A DNA stretch of 63,988 bases, counting the filler, from Thelocarpon superellum (Eukaryota): NCBI GenBank assembly GCA_026025795.1. It is 3 parts of 3 records of this genome, joined end to end, with 100 filler letters (N's around TTAATTAATTAA, not from the genome) between each part and the next. Parts side by side here need not be neighbours in the genome. Positions count along the whole stretch, not along the records: positions 23,147 to 46,176 come from JAPEUG010000288.1; 2 more parts are not named here. One strand, 5' to 3'. The translations under genes were made by a program, and so were the position numbers. Positions within the stretch are counted from its first letter, which is position 1. Each line of letters begins with the position of its first letter. Under the pieces are notes generated by a model. That model searched no databases and had not been told where the DNA came from. It saw only the letters and a program-made list of their open reading frames with translations. Below are positions 24,176 through 34,530 of this stretch, one piece after another.

Positions 24176-27100
24176 ATGCGTCCGACCATCCTTTCCGCCG
24201 CTCTCCTCGGGCTCCTGACCCTTGTGCTCGCCAAGCCCGGCCCTACGGATGAGCACCTCTCCCCGTCACTTTCGGTGCTCGCGCCTCCGAGCGACCTCCA
24301 CGTTCGCGAGAACGGGTGGCAGCATCGATATCAGAGGGTGCACGACACCTCCGTGCGCCTGGCCTTTACCTTTGCCGCAGCGTCCGCGGTCCACATGTCG
24401 AGCGACGATCTGCGTCTCTTGTTGGCGAGGGGAGGGCAGCGGGTCAGAATCCGTCGACGGGCGGGTCTTGTGCCCCTGGGTCACACTGTCAGATTAGGCA
24501 TCTATAGTGGCTACGCCATCCTCCTGAAAGCGGGAAACGCGCTGCAGCTGACTTGGGGCGACGTCAGCCAATGCATGGCACAGCTGCTGGTGTCCGCGGT
24601 TCAGGAAGACGAGAAACCCTCGGTGTCTTTCGAGGCCCGGATCGTGGATCCGAGTAATGACAAAGTGGTCGCCTCGGTCCTGGTCAAGCCCCTCCACCAT
24701 CGTCCCGCCCAGTCGCTTGGCACCCGAGACACGAGTCTGGAAATGGATCTGGAGCAGGATATGGACATGGTCGTGGTGCATGACGTCGGGAAAGACCCGG
24801 ACAACGGCGATGACATGATCATCTCCCGTGATGCTATGGTATCGGATATCTTCCAGGTGGTCCCGCAGAGTCACGTCCGCCTGGCCTTTTCCTGGCACGC
24901 AAACATCGGTGCCGCCCTCACACGCGATGTGCTCTTTAGGCTCCTGCTCAAGGCACAACACCGACTCTGGATGTTACGCCAGACGGCCCCGCTCATCGGC
25001 CGAGCGGGGTGGGAGCAACGGATCGTGGCCAGCCAGGGGCTGGAGCTGGTGCTACGAATGAGCTCGGAGCCCTTCATGACGTGGGCCGATGTGCTGCGCT
25101 GTGTCGCCATCTTGCTTCGGCACCTCCCGCGTCAGCAGGACGCCCGAGGCCTGCATTTACTCGCCAGCATTGCCCCCCAGGATCCTGCCCTGTCCAGCCA
25201 GGCCGAATTGTCAATCCGGAGCCTGTCGGAGCAAGATGCGGGCAGCCTTCGACGGCGGCACGCAGAGGAAGCCAACTCTGAAGCGGTGCCCGCCGCGCTC
25301 GAGGCCAGAAACGCTGTGTGGCGTTACAACTTTCTTCCCGTGCCGGACACGGCGCTACGGGTGGCCTTTTCATTACATTCCCGCCTTGGCAGGGTCATTA
25401 CTCGAGGCATATTGTTCCGTCTGCTTGCTGGGGCACGGAGGTACCTTGAGGATACGAGCGCCACGGTGCACCCGGAGCAGGAGTTTCCTGAGACAGGAGA
25501 ATACCCCATCTTCGTCGACCAGTCTCTGGCAGTGGTCATGCAGATCACCGGAAGCGCAAGCCTGACGTGGTCCGACGTGGAGAGCTGTCTGCAGCACTTG
25601 ATCAAACATCTTCGTCGTCATCACACCAGGGACGCACATACGACCTTTACCGCCATCTTCGGCCTAAAAAGCAACACGGGGAGCAGAATGCTCAGTGAGG
25701 CCATCCTTTCCATCCGAAGCGCAGCCGAGGTCGCCGGTGGCGGCCATCGACGTTGGCTTTCCGACGTACCCAAGGCCGAGACGCACGCTCCTAGAGATGC
25801 CACCCTCGTCGACCGAGATCGTATGGACCGGCCTGAGTACGGCAGTTCGGCCCCGGATGAAGCCCTGCCGCTTCTCTGCGTTCCGGGGAGTAAGGTCCGC
25901 ATGTCCTGTTCGCTGGATGCCGACATGACATTCGTCATCCGACGAAATGTCCTACGCCGGCTCTTGAGCACTGCCTACAATACATGGCAACGTCTGGCCG
26001 TCTCCGGTGCGCTCATGCCCAACCAACCGGAGCAGCTTCTGGGCACGCATGGGCTCTATCAGCTGGTGCTGGAGACGAATGGACCGTCCTTTATGACATA
26101 TGCCGACGTCTTCCACTGCATCGCGCATTGGATCAGCCGCATCCCTCTTCGTGGCCTGGATTACCCGATGAGGCCGGAGGCCGTTGTTGGTCCAGGGGGG
26201 ACGGGCGACTTCGAGGAGCGAGCGCGATTCATCTTGCGCCAGGCACCGCGCCGACGCATCGGTTCCTCCGAGCAGGGCTCGGATAGACGTCGACGCCGGT
26301 CGGTCGAGGGAAGCCAGGAAGCCGTGGCTACGACAGGAGAGGCGGAACCGGAGAAACTCGCCGCGCGTCACAGCACCTCTCAACCCGACCTTCAGGCCGT
26401 CAGTGGGACGGATGTCCTCATGTCTTTCTCACTCAATCAAGGACACGGTGTGGAGATCCCGATCCAACAATTACGGGCGCTCCTTCGGATCGCGGTGATG
26501 AACCTGGCGAGACGGGCCAGAAGGAACAGCGTGGTGCGCGGCCCGGATACCTATCAGCTGAGTGTCGACGGCGGATTCGCGCTGGTCTTGCACGTGACGG
26601 AGAGTTTTACCAACTGGAAAGACGTCATCCCATGTGTCGGCGGGCTTGTTGCCCAGGTGAACTTTGTCCTCTTGCAAATGTCCCTGACGCGGTTTGCGGC
26701 ATACCTGGGCACGGCAGCCGCAGCATCCACATCACACATCACGGCCGCGTTGGAGGTTCGACGTGCGTCTCAACATGACCCGAACGGACTACGCCGGAGA
26801 GACCTGGTGCGATCTAGCGAGTTGGCGGTCCGCGATGAGGGCTGGCAATATGACCTCCGCCGCGTCGCTGGCACGAATGTGCTCATGTCTTTCTCGTTGA
26901 CGGTTGCACAAGGCCTTCGGGTCCAGAAGCGACAGCTGTTAAGCCTCTTCACGGCCGCGAGGCGTTCGGTGGCGAACAGGCCAAATAACGGAGGCCTCGT
27001 CCCGTCGCGCACGTACCAGCTGAGCAGCAATGGCGCATACGCGCTAGTTCTCCAGGTGACGGAGTCGTTTGGCACCTGGAAGGAGTTGGCAACGTGTCTT

Positions 27101-28282
27101 GGATGGCTAGTCGAGGTGTCAGAAGAGCAAGACGCGACCAACCCCATGCCTTTTGTTGCATACTTGGGCACGGACAACCCGGGCCCTGCGCGCCGAACGG
27201 CGACGTTGGCGATCCGACGTAGCGTTCAGCACGACCCAGGCCTTCGACCAAGAGCGGACGGAGAGAGCAACGAATTGGCGGTCCGTGACGTCCTCTGGAG
27301 ATACAACCTCCAGGCTGTCCGAGGGACAAGCGTGCTTCTATCCTTCTCGACGGCGGTTGCGCCCGGCCTACAGGTGGAGACCCAATTACTGAAGGATCTG
27401 TTGATCAACGCGAGAGACGCGATTGCGTACAGGTTCTCCGCGCAGCTCGCCGAGTCGCACACGTACGAGCTAAGCGTCAGGGGTGGATTCGCCATCATCT
27501 TACGCACCATGGAGGCCTTTACGACGTTCGACCAGCTGGTACCATGCTTTACGGTGATGGTTCAGAGCTTACGCGATGACACTCCGCCATTCGCAAGTTT
27601 CGCCGCCTACCTGGGAAGCGGCGATGAGCCGGAACCGCACATCGCCGCCTCGGTGGAACTCCGCAGCCACGTAACCGCGGCGGGGGATCTAAGAGCCAGA
27701 GTGGCGGACGACGAGGCGAGCAACATGTCGACGTCCCCCGCGGACCTCCTCGCCAAAAGAGGGACCACCGAGCCGGCACAAGCCACGACACGCGACCTGC
27801 AGATACACGTGCGCGAGACCATCCCCGACAGCCTCGAAGGATACAGCAGCGACTCCCGCATTGAGCGGTTCGACGTTCCGGGGACGAAAGTGCGACTAGT
27901 TGTGAATTACCTCCTGACGGATCTGGCTCGGACGGCAGTCATCGACGGATTACAGCACGCGATCGCGTTCGTGACAGGTCGAGTTGGGCCCATTGAAGGA
28001 CTGCATCATTATCCACTTGGCGATGCCCACGACGGCACTACATGGGCAGGTTACAGTCCTAGTGACTCCGACCACCCCGTCACCGCCTTCATATCGCTCA
28101 ATCGATTCGGGGTCATGACATGGGCAGAACTCAAGCTATGTCTCGATCAGCTCCTGCTGCATCTCCAGCTCGTGAGCCCGTTCGATGAGCGCGTCTTGCC
28201 CCTTACTTACATCCAGCCTCTTGATGCTCCGCCTTCGCAGCCGGTTGCGAATCTGATCACTCTTGCTGCTCAAGATACTTGA
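24176..28282 (+). CDS. Secreted 1368-aa protein of eight tandem homologous domains separated by basic (Kex2-like) linkers; family not recognised
   Basis: Signal peptide MRPTILSAALLGLLTLVLA; uninterrupted ORF; each unit has V-x-x-T/S-x-V-x-L/M-x-F near its start and [WYF]-x-[DEQ]-[VL]-x-x-C. Confidence 0.85.
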   Translation: MRPTILSAALLGLLTLVLAKPGPTDEHLSPSLSVLAPPSDLHVRENGWQHRYQRVHDTSVRLAFTFAAASAVHMSSDDLRLLLARGGQRVRIRRRAGLVPLGHTVRLGIYSGYAILLKAGNALQLTWGDVSQCMAQLLVSAVQEDEKPSVSFEARIVDPSNDKVVASVLVKPLHHRPAQSLGTRDTSLEMDLEQDMDMVVVHDVGKDPDNGDDMIISRDAMVSDIFQVVPQSHVRLAFSWHANIGAALTRDVLFRLLLKAQHRLWMLRQTAPLIGRAGWEQRIVASQGLELVLRMSSEPFMTWADVLRCVAILLRHLPRQQDARGLHLLASIAPQDPALSSQAELSIRSLSEQDAGSLRRRHAEEANSEAVPAALEARNAVWRYNFLPVPDTALRVAFSLHSRLGRVITRGILFRLLAGARRYLEDTSATVHPEQEFPETGEYPIFVDQSLAVVMQITGSASLTWSDVESCLQHLIKHLRRHHTRDAHTTFTAIFGLKSNTGSRMLSEAILSIRSAAEVAGGGHRRWLSDVPKAETHAPRDATLVDRDRMDRPEYGSSAPDEALPLLCVPGSKVRMSCSLDADMTFVIRRNVLRRLLSTAYNTWQRLAVSGALMPNQPEQLLGTHGLYQLVLETNGPSFMTYADVFHCIAHWISRIPLRGLDYPMRPEAVVGPGGTGDFEERARFILRQAPRRRIGSSEQGSDRRRRRSVEGSQEAVATTGEAEPEKLAARHSTSQPDLQAVSGTDVLMSFSLNQGHGVEIPIQQLRALLRIAVMNLARRARRNSVVRGPDTYQLSVDGGFALVLHVTESFTNWKDVIPCVGGLVAQVNFVLLQMSLTRFAAYLGTAAAASTSHITAALEVRRASQHDPNGLRRRDLVRSSELAVRDEGWQYDLRRVAGTNVLMSFSLTVAQGLRVQKRQLLSLFTAARRSVANRPNNGGLVPSRTYQLSSNGAYALVLQVTESFGTWKELATCLGWLVEVSEEQDATNPMPFVAYLGTDNPGPARRTATLAIRRSVQHDPGLRPRADGESNELAVRDVLWRYNLQAVRGTSVLLSFSTAVAPGLQVETQLLKDLLINARDAIAYRFSAQLAESHTYELSVRGGFAIILRTMEAFTTFDQLVPCFTVMVQSLRDDTPPFASFAAYLGSGDEPEPHIAASVELRSHVTAAGDLRARVADDEASNMSTSPADLLAKRGTTEPAQATTRDLQIHVRETIPDSLEGYSSDSRIERFDVPGTKVRLVVNYLLTDLARTAVIDGLQHAIAFVTGRVGPIEGLHHYPLGDAHDGTTWAGYSPSDSDHPVTAFISLNRFGVMTWAELKLCLDQLLLHLQLVSPFDERVLPLTYIQPLDAPPSQPVANLITLAAQDT

Positions 28283-28872
28283 TTGGTCTCACGAATGCAT
28301 TTGGTCCATGGACGGTGGAGTTGCGAGTCAGGAAGAAGGTGGATAGTGTATCTGGATAGGTTGTCGCGTCGTCCTCCATCTCTCCAGCATATGTAACTTT
28401 CGTGAACAAATCAATATTCAAATATGTAAATGTATCTACCCCATCCACCAACCCGACAACCCTTGATTCTTTCATTCTTGATTGATGCTCGATCTGACGA
28501 CGAAGAAAACAAGTCAAGAAGAAGACGGGATGGGTTGGGGGTTGACATGAGGAATGGGAGAAGACGAAAGGAAGAATCAATGTCAGCACATTTATGGCAC
28601 AATTCATTCCATGGTCCCCCCGCTGATGACGTGGAGGAGGAAGCGAACTGTAATTTGACTTTGGTGCGTCTTTTCCATGCCCTTCTTTCTTCTCTCCTTT
28701 CCCTCCCTCCCTCCCTCCCTCTTCGCTTCCTCGCTTGCTTGCCGACTCCTGGATCGAATCGGATGGAAATGATGAAAAGACGTATGATAAGAAGAGTACT
28801 AAGGCGTAGGTCAAACGTAGGGTAGTAGGTAGGTAATACACTCCATCACTTGACTCGGTAGGTAGTAATGGA

Positions 28873-28971
28873 CACTCACTCACTCACTCACTCACTCACT
28901 CACTCACTCACTCACTTACTCACTCACTCACTCACTCCTCACTCACTCACTCATTCACTGACTCACTGACT
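28873..28971. repeat. (CACT)n tetranucleotide microsatellite
   Basis: ~24 near-perfect CACT units downstream of ERG9. Confidence 0.95.
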
Positions 28972-29030
28972 GAGCTTCTCCCCCGTCTCCACATCTCGTT
29001 GTGTCCCTCTTCCCCTTCCGCTCCCTTCTC

Positions 29031-30653
29031 TCACAACTCGTTATGACCGTCTCGAGCTTTGATCAATCGATCGATCTCGTCCGGCCCTGGTCGTCCCAGC
29101 TTTCCTTCCATGAGCTGAGAAATGGCAATGTCGAATCGTGCTCCGGCCCAGTAGGCAATCCCAAACTACCACCTCCCGCCCATGTCAGTCATCATGTCAT
29201 CAAACATTCCTGCTCCGCCGTCTCTCCGCCTTTCCACGTACCATGATCAAGGTCGCGATCCCCACTACCACCAGAATTGCCCCCATGACGTACAACACGT
29301 CCCACTTCGCCTCCGCAGCCGCCTCGTCCTTTTCCGGCGTGGTCGATTGGCCCGTCTGCTTCAACATGGCCATCTTGGGATTTTGCGTCGGGAAGATGGA
29401 TTCGATGAATTGTTCAATCTGTCGTTGTTAGTCTGTGTCCAACAGTCTCATGAGTTGCCTTGTCCTACCTTCCCACACGCGATGCTGATCTTGAGGAAAT
29501 TCGGATCACTCGGCACGTTCTTGTGGTGGATCTGTCGCGTCAGACGACGGAACGTCCCACACAGCACCCGCAGATTCTGCGTCGACTCCATCATCAATTG
29601 ACACGCCTGACCCTTGGAGATCTTGACGTTGCGCTGGAAGAGCTTGGGGTTGCGAAAGACCAGACATAACGTGGCAATAGCCATGGTTTGCGGGATCGCG
29701 GTGAAGTTGAAGACACTCTGCTCCTTGACGCCCGCCAGGTAGAACAAGCACTCGTCGACGTGCGACAGCGCATTCAGCACCATCTCCGAGCTGCAGTGGA
29801 GCGCCGCTTCTTGCTTCGTCGGGTCGAAGAGGTCGTCGAACTTGTCCACGTACTTGGACCAGATCGCCTTGGGCCAGAATCGACGCTTGTCCACCCAGTC
29901 CTCGTGCACGTCGCGGATGATGTTGATCTTCTGCAAGAATTGCCCCATGGACTCATGCAGATGCGGCCGTTGGAGGAGCGCTGGGTTGGCCAGCTCGCTC
30001 TCGACAAAGAGTCGCGTCAGACCCTCGCCGACCAGGCCGGCCACGTGGTGGCAATACAGGGTATAGTCCTCGATCGTGTTGACGCCGTTGATGTTGTGCT
30101 CCGCGTTGTTGGCGTAATCGGCCATGCCATCGCCCATGCGTGAGGTGATGTCGGTGATGATGGTGCGGTAGGCGGGCTTGATCTTGCCATACTCCTCGAT
30201 CACGTACTTGAAGTTCACCAGCAGGAACCGATCCTTCTCGTCGGGTCCATTGCCATCGTACGTCCAGCCTTGCTGGTCCAGGATATTGTGGAAGTTGCGC
30301 AGCAGGCCTTCTTTTTCGTCCAACGCGATGGTCATGTCATCCTCGATCGTGTCGAGGCCGCGCAGGATCAGGTAGAAGATGGTCACGGGCAGTAACAGCT
30401 CGGGGTGCAGCTCTTGAATCACCACGCTGAAGCTTCGGCTTGTCCGGTCCAGGTAATCGAAACAGATCTGCACGGGCATGGATTCCTTCTCGGGGTCGCG
30501 GCTGTGCACCGGCTCGTGCCATATCTTCCTATACCGGACTCGTCAGATTCCATCGTCCCCCCAGTGCGCCTGCCTACTCATCTACCATTGAAGGATAGAG
30601 CGGAGCTCCTTGACGTGGACGACATAGTACAAGAAGTCACTGGCGGAGACCAT
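29031..30653 (-). CDS. ERG9: Squalene synthase, 3 introns
   Basis: [72 protein letters not shown]-terminal TM helix and tail ...GHNEL*. Confidence 0.96.
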
Positions 30654-31791
30654 GATGGGCGGAGAGAGGATGCTGGTGGAGGTGCAGGTGAAGATAGGGA
30701 TGGTCGTGTGACACCGGGTCGGGCGACCGTAGGAGACTGTCGGACGATGACTCGGTCGAGACCCAATCACGATCTCATGACTTCGGTGGAGGTGGATTGG
30801 GGCAATTCAACATGGTTCATGCAAAGAAGCGCGGGTCAGCGTTCATCCGACGAGGTATCGGATCCGACTAACCACCGGATCCGATCCACGGGCGAGGGAT
30901 GACAGCTTCAGGTGCTCGACCTAACCTTCTCTCAAACACGCGGGGATTGGTCGTTTACCCGTAGTTCTGCGGGTTAGCTCCAATTTCTCACGTGTGGAAT
31001 CAGTGACACTCGTGCCCCGATGAACAATTTTACGGCGAGTACCACGCATCCCAAGCGGACGAGTAATGGCGAGAATTGCAAGACCAACAATACTTCGATT
31101 CTGACCAATGCTCAGGTCCCGTTTGTCTCTACCTCATGAGACCGCTTGGCTGCCAGGTTCTGCGGATCCAGCACCGCCTGTTCTCAGCTCCGTCACATCC
31201 ATCAGTATGCCCTGCCTTTTGACCAAAACACATGTCTTCCATGCTTGGTCTGTAGGTCGAAACAAAAGGCAGCCCAACACTACTTCGTACAATGCCATTC
31301 ATTCACAAGGAAACCACTCCACCCAGCTCCAGTACTCATTTCATAGGACCCGCTCGTGACACGTCCAACAGATCACGTGTGTCGATCACCCGGCTGGTGC
31401 CTGCGCAAGTAATGGTAGGCCTGATCTTGGCATTCATGGCGTGCGAGCAGGTGGCCGGTGGCCCCCACGATACCTCGAATCTTCGAATGCCGTAGGCCAG
31501 CCAAGCCCAGGTACGAGGACTCGTGCGGGTACTCGTACTTCGTACCAAAGTAGCTCGTACCGCAGCATACCTGTCCGAAATCAGATCTTCATTTACGGGC
31601 GATGTTGGTCAGCGCCTTTTACCTTCTCCACCTCCCTTTCTTCAACTCTGGATTCTAGCTCTGCAGGCATCGTGGCGGTCATCCTGCCTATCCGCAGACT
31701 GCCGCCGTCGCAGGGGTCGTGAGACTCGCCACCACCCGGCCCGTGAGCCAGACTGTCCTGCGGGTCAGTGGGTCCTAACCACGACAACACC

Positions 31792-33709
31792 ATGGCGAGC
31801 AAGGTGGTCGATACCACCTATTACGACCTGTTAAACGTGCCCACCACCGCCACTGAGCTTGACATCAAGAAGGCTTATCGGAAGCTGGCCATTATCCATC
31901 ACCCGGGTAAAGCCAAGTGGACCCTGGCCGAGCGTGGCTCTTACTTGGCCCATGCACTGACCACATCGCGAACAGATAAGAACCCCGGCGATGAGACGGC
32001 ACACGAGAAGTTCCAGGCGGTTCGTTCCTATGAAGATCTCCTGGCCGAGCACAGTACTGAAGCATACCCTCTGCAGATCGGCGAGGCCTACCAGGTCCTG
32101 AGCAATGCCGACCTCCGCAAGCAATATGATAAATTTGGCAAGGACCGGGCGGTGCCTGACAGCGGATTTGGTCAGGCGGCCCACTCGACGAGCACTACGC
32201 GTGGCAACTGACACCGCTTGCAGCCGATCCCGCCGAGTTCTTCACCATGATCTTCGGTGGCGATGCCTTTGTCGACCTGTAAGTGCTCCCGGCCGTGGTC
32301 CGGCGCCGCCACCGTCTAATCTGGCTACCCCGCACAGCATCGGAGAGATCTCGCTCATGAAAGACTTGACCAAGACCATGGACATCACAATGAAGCAGAT
32401 GGAGGAGGAAGATGAGGCCGCCGCGGAGACAGCGCAGCAGGAGGCAGCCGCAGAGGCCACGAAACCATCTGACGCGGCGGATTTGCCTGCTCACCCGCTG
32501 ACGCCAACCGTCACGACCGACAGCACCAATGAGGCACCATCGTCTCCGTCGCAACCCAGGCCGATCCGCAAAAAGTCCTCGTCTCCCAGCCCGTCCGGCT
32601 CGGGAACTTCGACGCCACGTCGGAACTTTCCCATTCGGCCAGCGCTGATGGACCGATCGGAAGAAGATGCGGCGCTCGACGCGGCTGGTCTCACGGAGGA
32701 AGAGAAGGAGCTGCGGAGGAAGGAGAAGAAGCGCGGGTTGAGTCGGGAACAACGGGAAGAATTGGCGGCCTATGAGCGCGAGAGACGACGGATCCGCGAC
32801 GAGCGCGTGGACACGCTGGCCAAGAAGCTGATTGATCGGATCAGCATCTGGACGGAAACGGACAAAGGACCCGACGTCACCAAGGCCTTCCAGGGCAAGA
32901 CGAAATTGGAGGTGGAGAACCTGAAGATGGAGTCCTTTGGCCTCGAGATCCTCCACGCCATCGGCACCACATACATCCAAAAGGCCACGTCCTTTATCAA
33001 GTCACAGAAGTTCCTTGGCATCTCGGGCTTCTTCTCTCGGCTCAAGGACAAGGGTACCTTGGCCAAAGAGACCTGGACCACCATCTCGACGGCAATCGAC
33101 GCACAAATGACGATGGAAGAAATGGCAAAGATGGAGGAGAAGGGGGGGGAGGATTGGACGGACGAGAAGCGGGCCGAGTACGAGAAGCGGGTGACCGGGA
33201 AAGTGCTGGCGGCCGCATGGCGAGGCAGTAAGTTTGAGATCCAGAGCGTGCTGCGAGACGTCTGCGACAAGGTGCTCAACGACCGCACCATCTCCATGCA
33301 AAAACGGGTGGAGCGTGCGCACGCATTGGCGATTGCAGGAGAAATCTATCACCAGGTGCGTTTCCTTGTTTGCACCCTCCCCGGCTCGACTTTCCTTCGC
33401 TCCTCTGCGCACAACTAACCTCCTTTCACGCGACAGGCCGTTCGCAGTCCGGAAGAAGAAGGCGACTACATGGCCTTTGAGCAGCTGATGGCCGAAGCTG
33501 CAGCCAAGAAAGGCAAAGATGAAAAGAAGACGAAGAAGACGAAGAAAGAAGAGCCGGCCGCCCCGCCTGCGGCAGGGACAGCAGCGTCCTCATCGCCGCC
33601 GGGAGCAGGAACAGCTGCCGCAGGAGGGGAGACCTTCGGCACGGGCTCACAGCTTCCGCGCCAGACTGCTCCAAGTGGGACGTTTATGGGCTCGGATAAG
33701 AGCACCTGA
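31792..33709 (+). CDS. J-domain protein with DnaJ-X domain (Caj1/Djp1-like), multi-exon
   Basis: DTTYYDLLNV...IKKAYRKLAIIHHP|DKNP, IGEAYQVLS, FTMIFGGDAF, LKMESFGLEILHAIG, AWRGSKFEIQSVLRDVCDKVL. Confidence 0.9.
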
Positions 33710-34530
33710 TGTTGGTTGTTGTCTTTTTTTGCCGTGACGTAGTGGAGCGTGGAGTGTGGACACACGGCGTGTGGGTGTGGTACATGCTATGTAGGGGTGA
33801 CCACATTTGATTCTCTAATCCAGTCGAGCGAGGAAGCCAGGCCATGAAGTATCTAGATGCTCTCCTCTTCATCCTCACTCTGACGAGCAGCTGTGCAAGG
33901 CTCCATCTCCATACCCTCAATATTTCATTCTCTTTCTATTCCATTCTAAGTCCGGTTCTCACCCTCATCCTTGGCCGAAGACACCGCCCTTCCCCCCCTC
34001 CCCCCCTCCATCCATCAGTCCCTCCCACGTCATTGGACCTTGTCAATACATGTACTCGTACCCAAACCTACAGGTACAGTCCAATGGCGAGATATTCGAG
34101 CGTGAGATGAGGCGAGACGCGTAGGATGAAACACGATTCTTCGTCGGCTTCGTTGACCACGTCGCTTGCGGAACTAGGATTCACCGAGCTACTTAGGTTA
34201 CGTACTTACCTATGGTATTACCTTGTCATAACATCGTTTGAGCCTCATTTTCAATGGAAGAGTCGGGCCAGCAGTAGGTGGGAGAAGATAGGAGAGTGTA
34301 GAGGAGCGTGAATGGAGTGGATTTGGATTTGGCTTGGCTGTCATCAAGACCACCTTACTTAAATCTCAGGCGATCGAATCGTGGGTCGGACGGGTATAGC
34401 GGGAGGACGGAAAAGAGGGTATATGGACAAAAGAAAAAGGACGTCGCTTCGCTGTGTCTCTCATACGTTCTCTTCCTCTTTCATCTGGGAAAGGATGCAT
34501 GGACAGAGACGCGCACATGCATCCGTCTCA

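Noticed and set aside
28257..28883. 208-aa minus-strand ORF and other ORFs between the polyprotein and ERG9
   Set aside because: Low-complexity 3'-UTR/terminator-like sequence with no coding signature.
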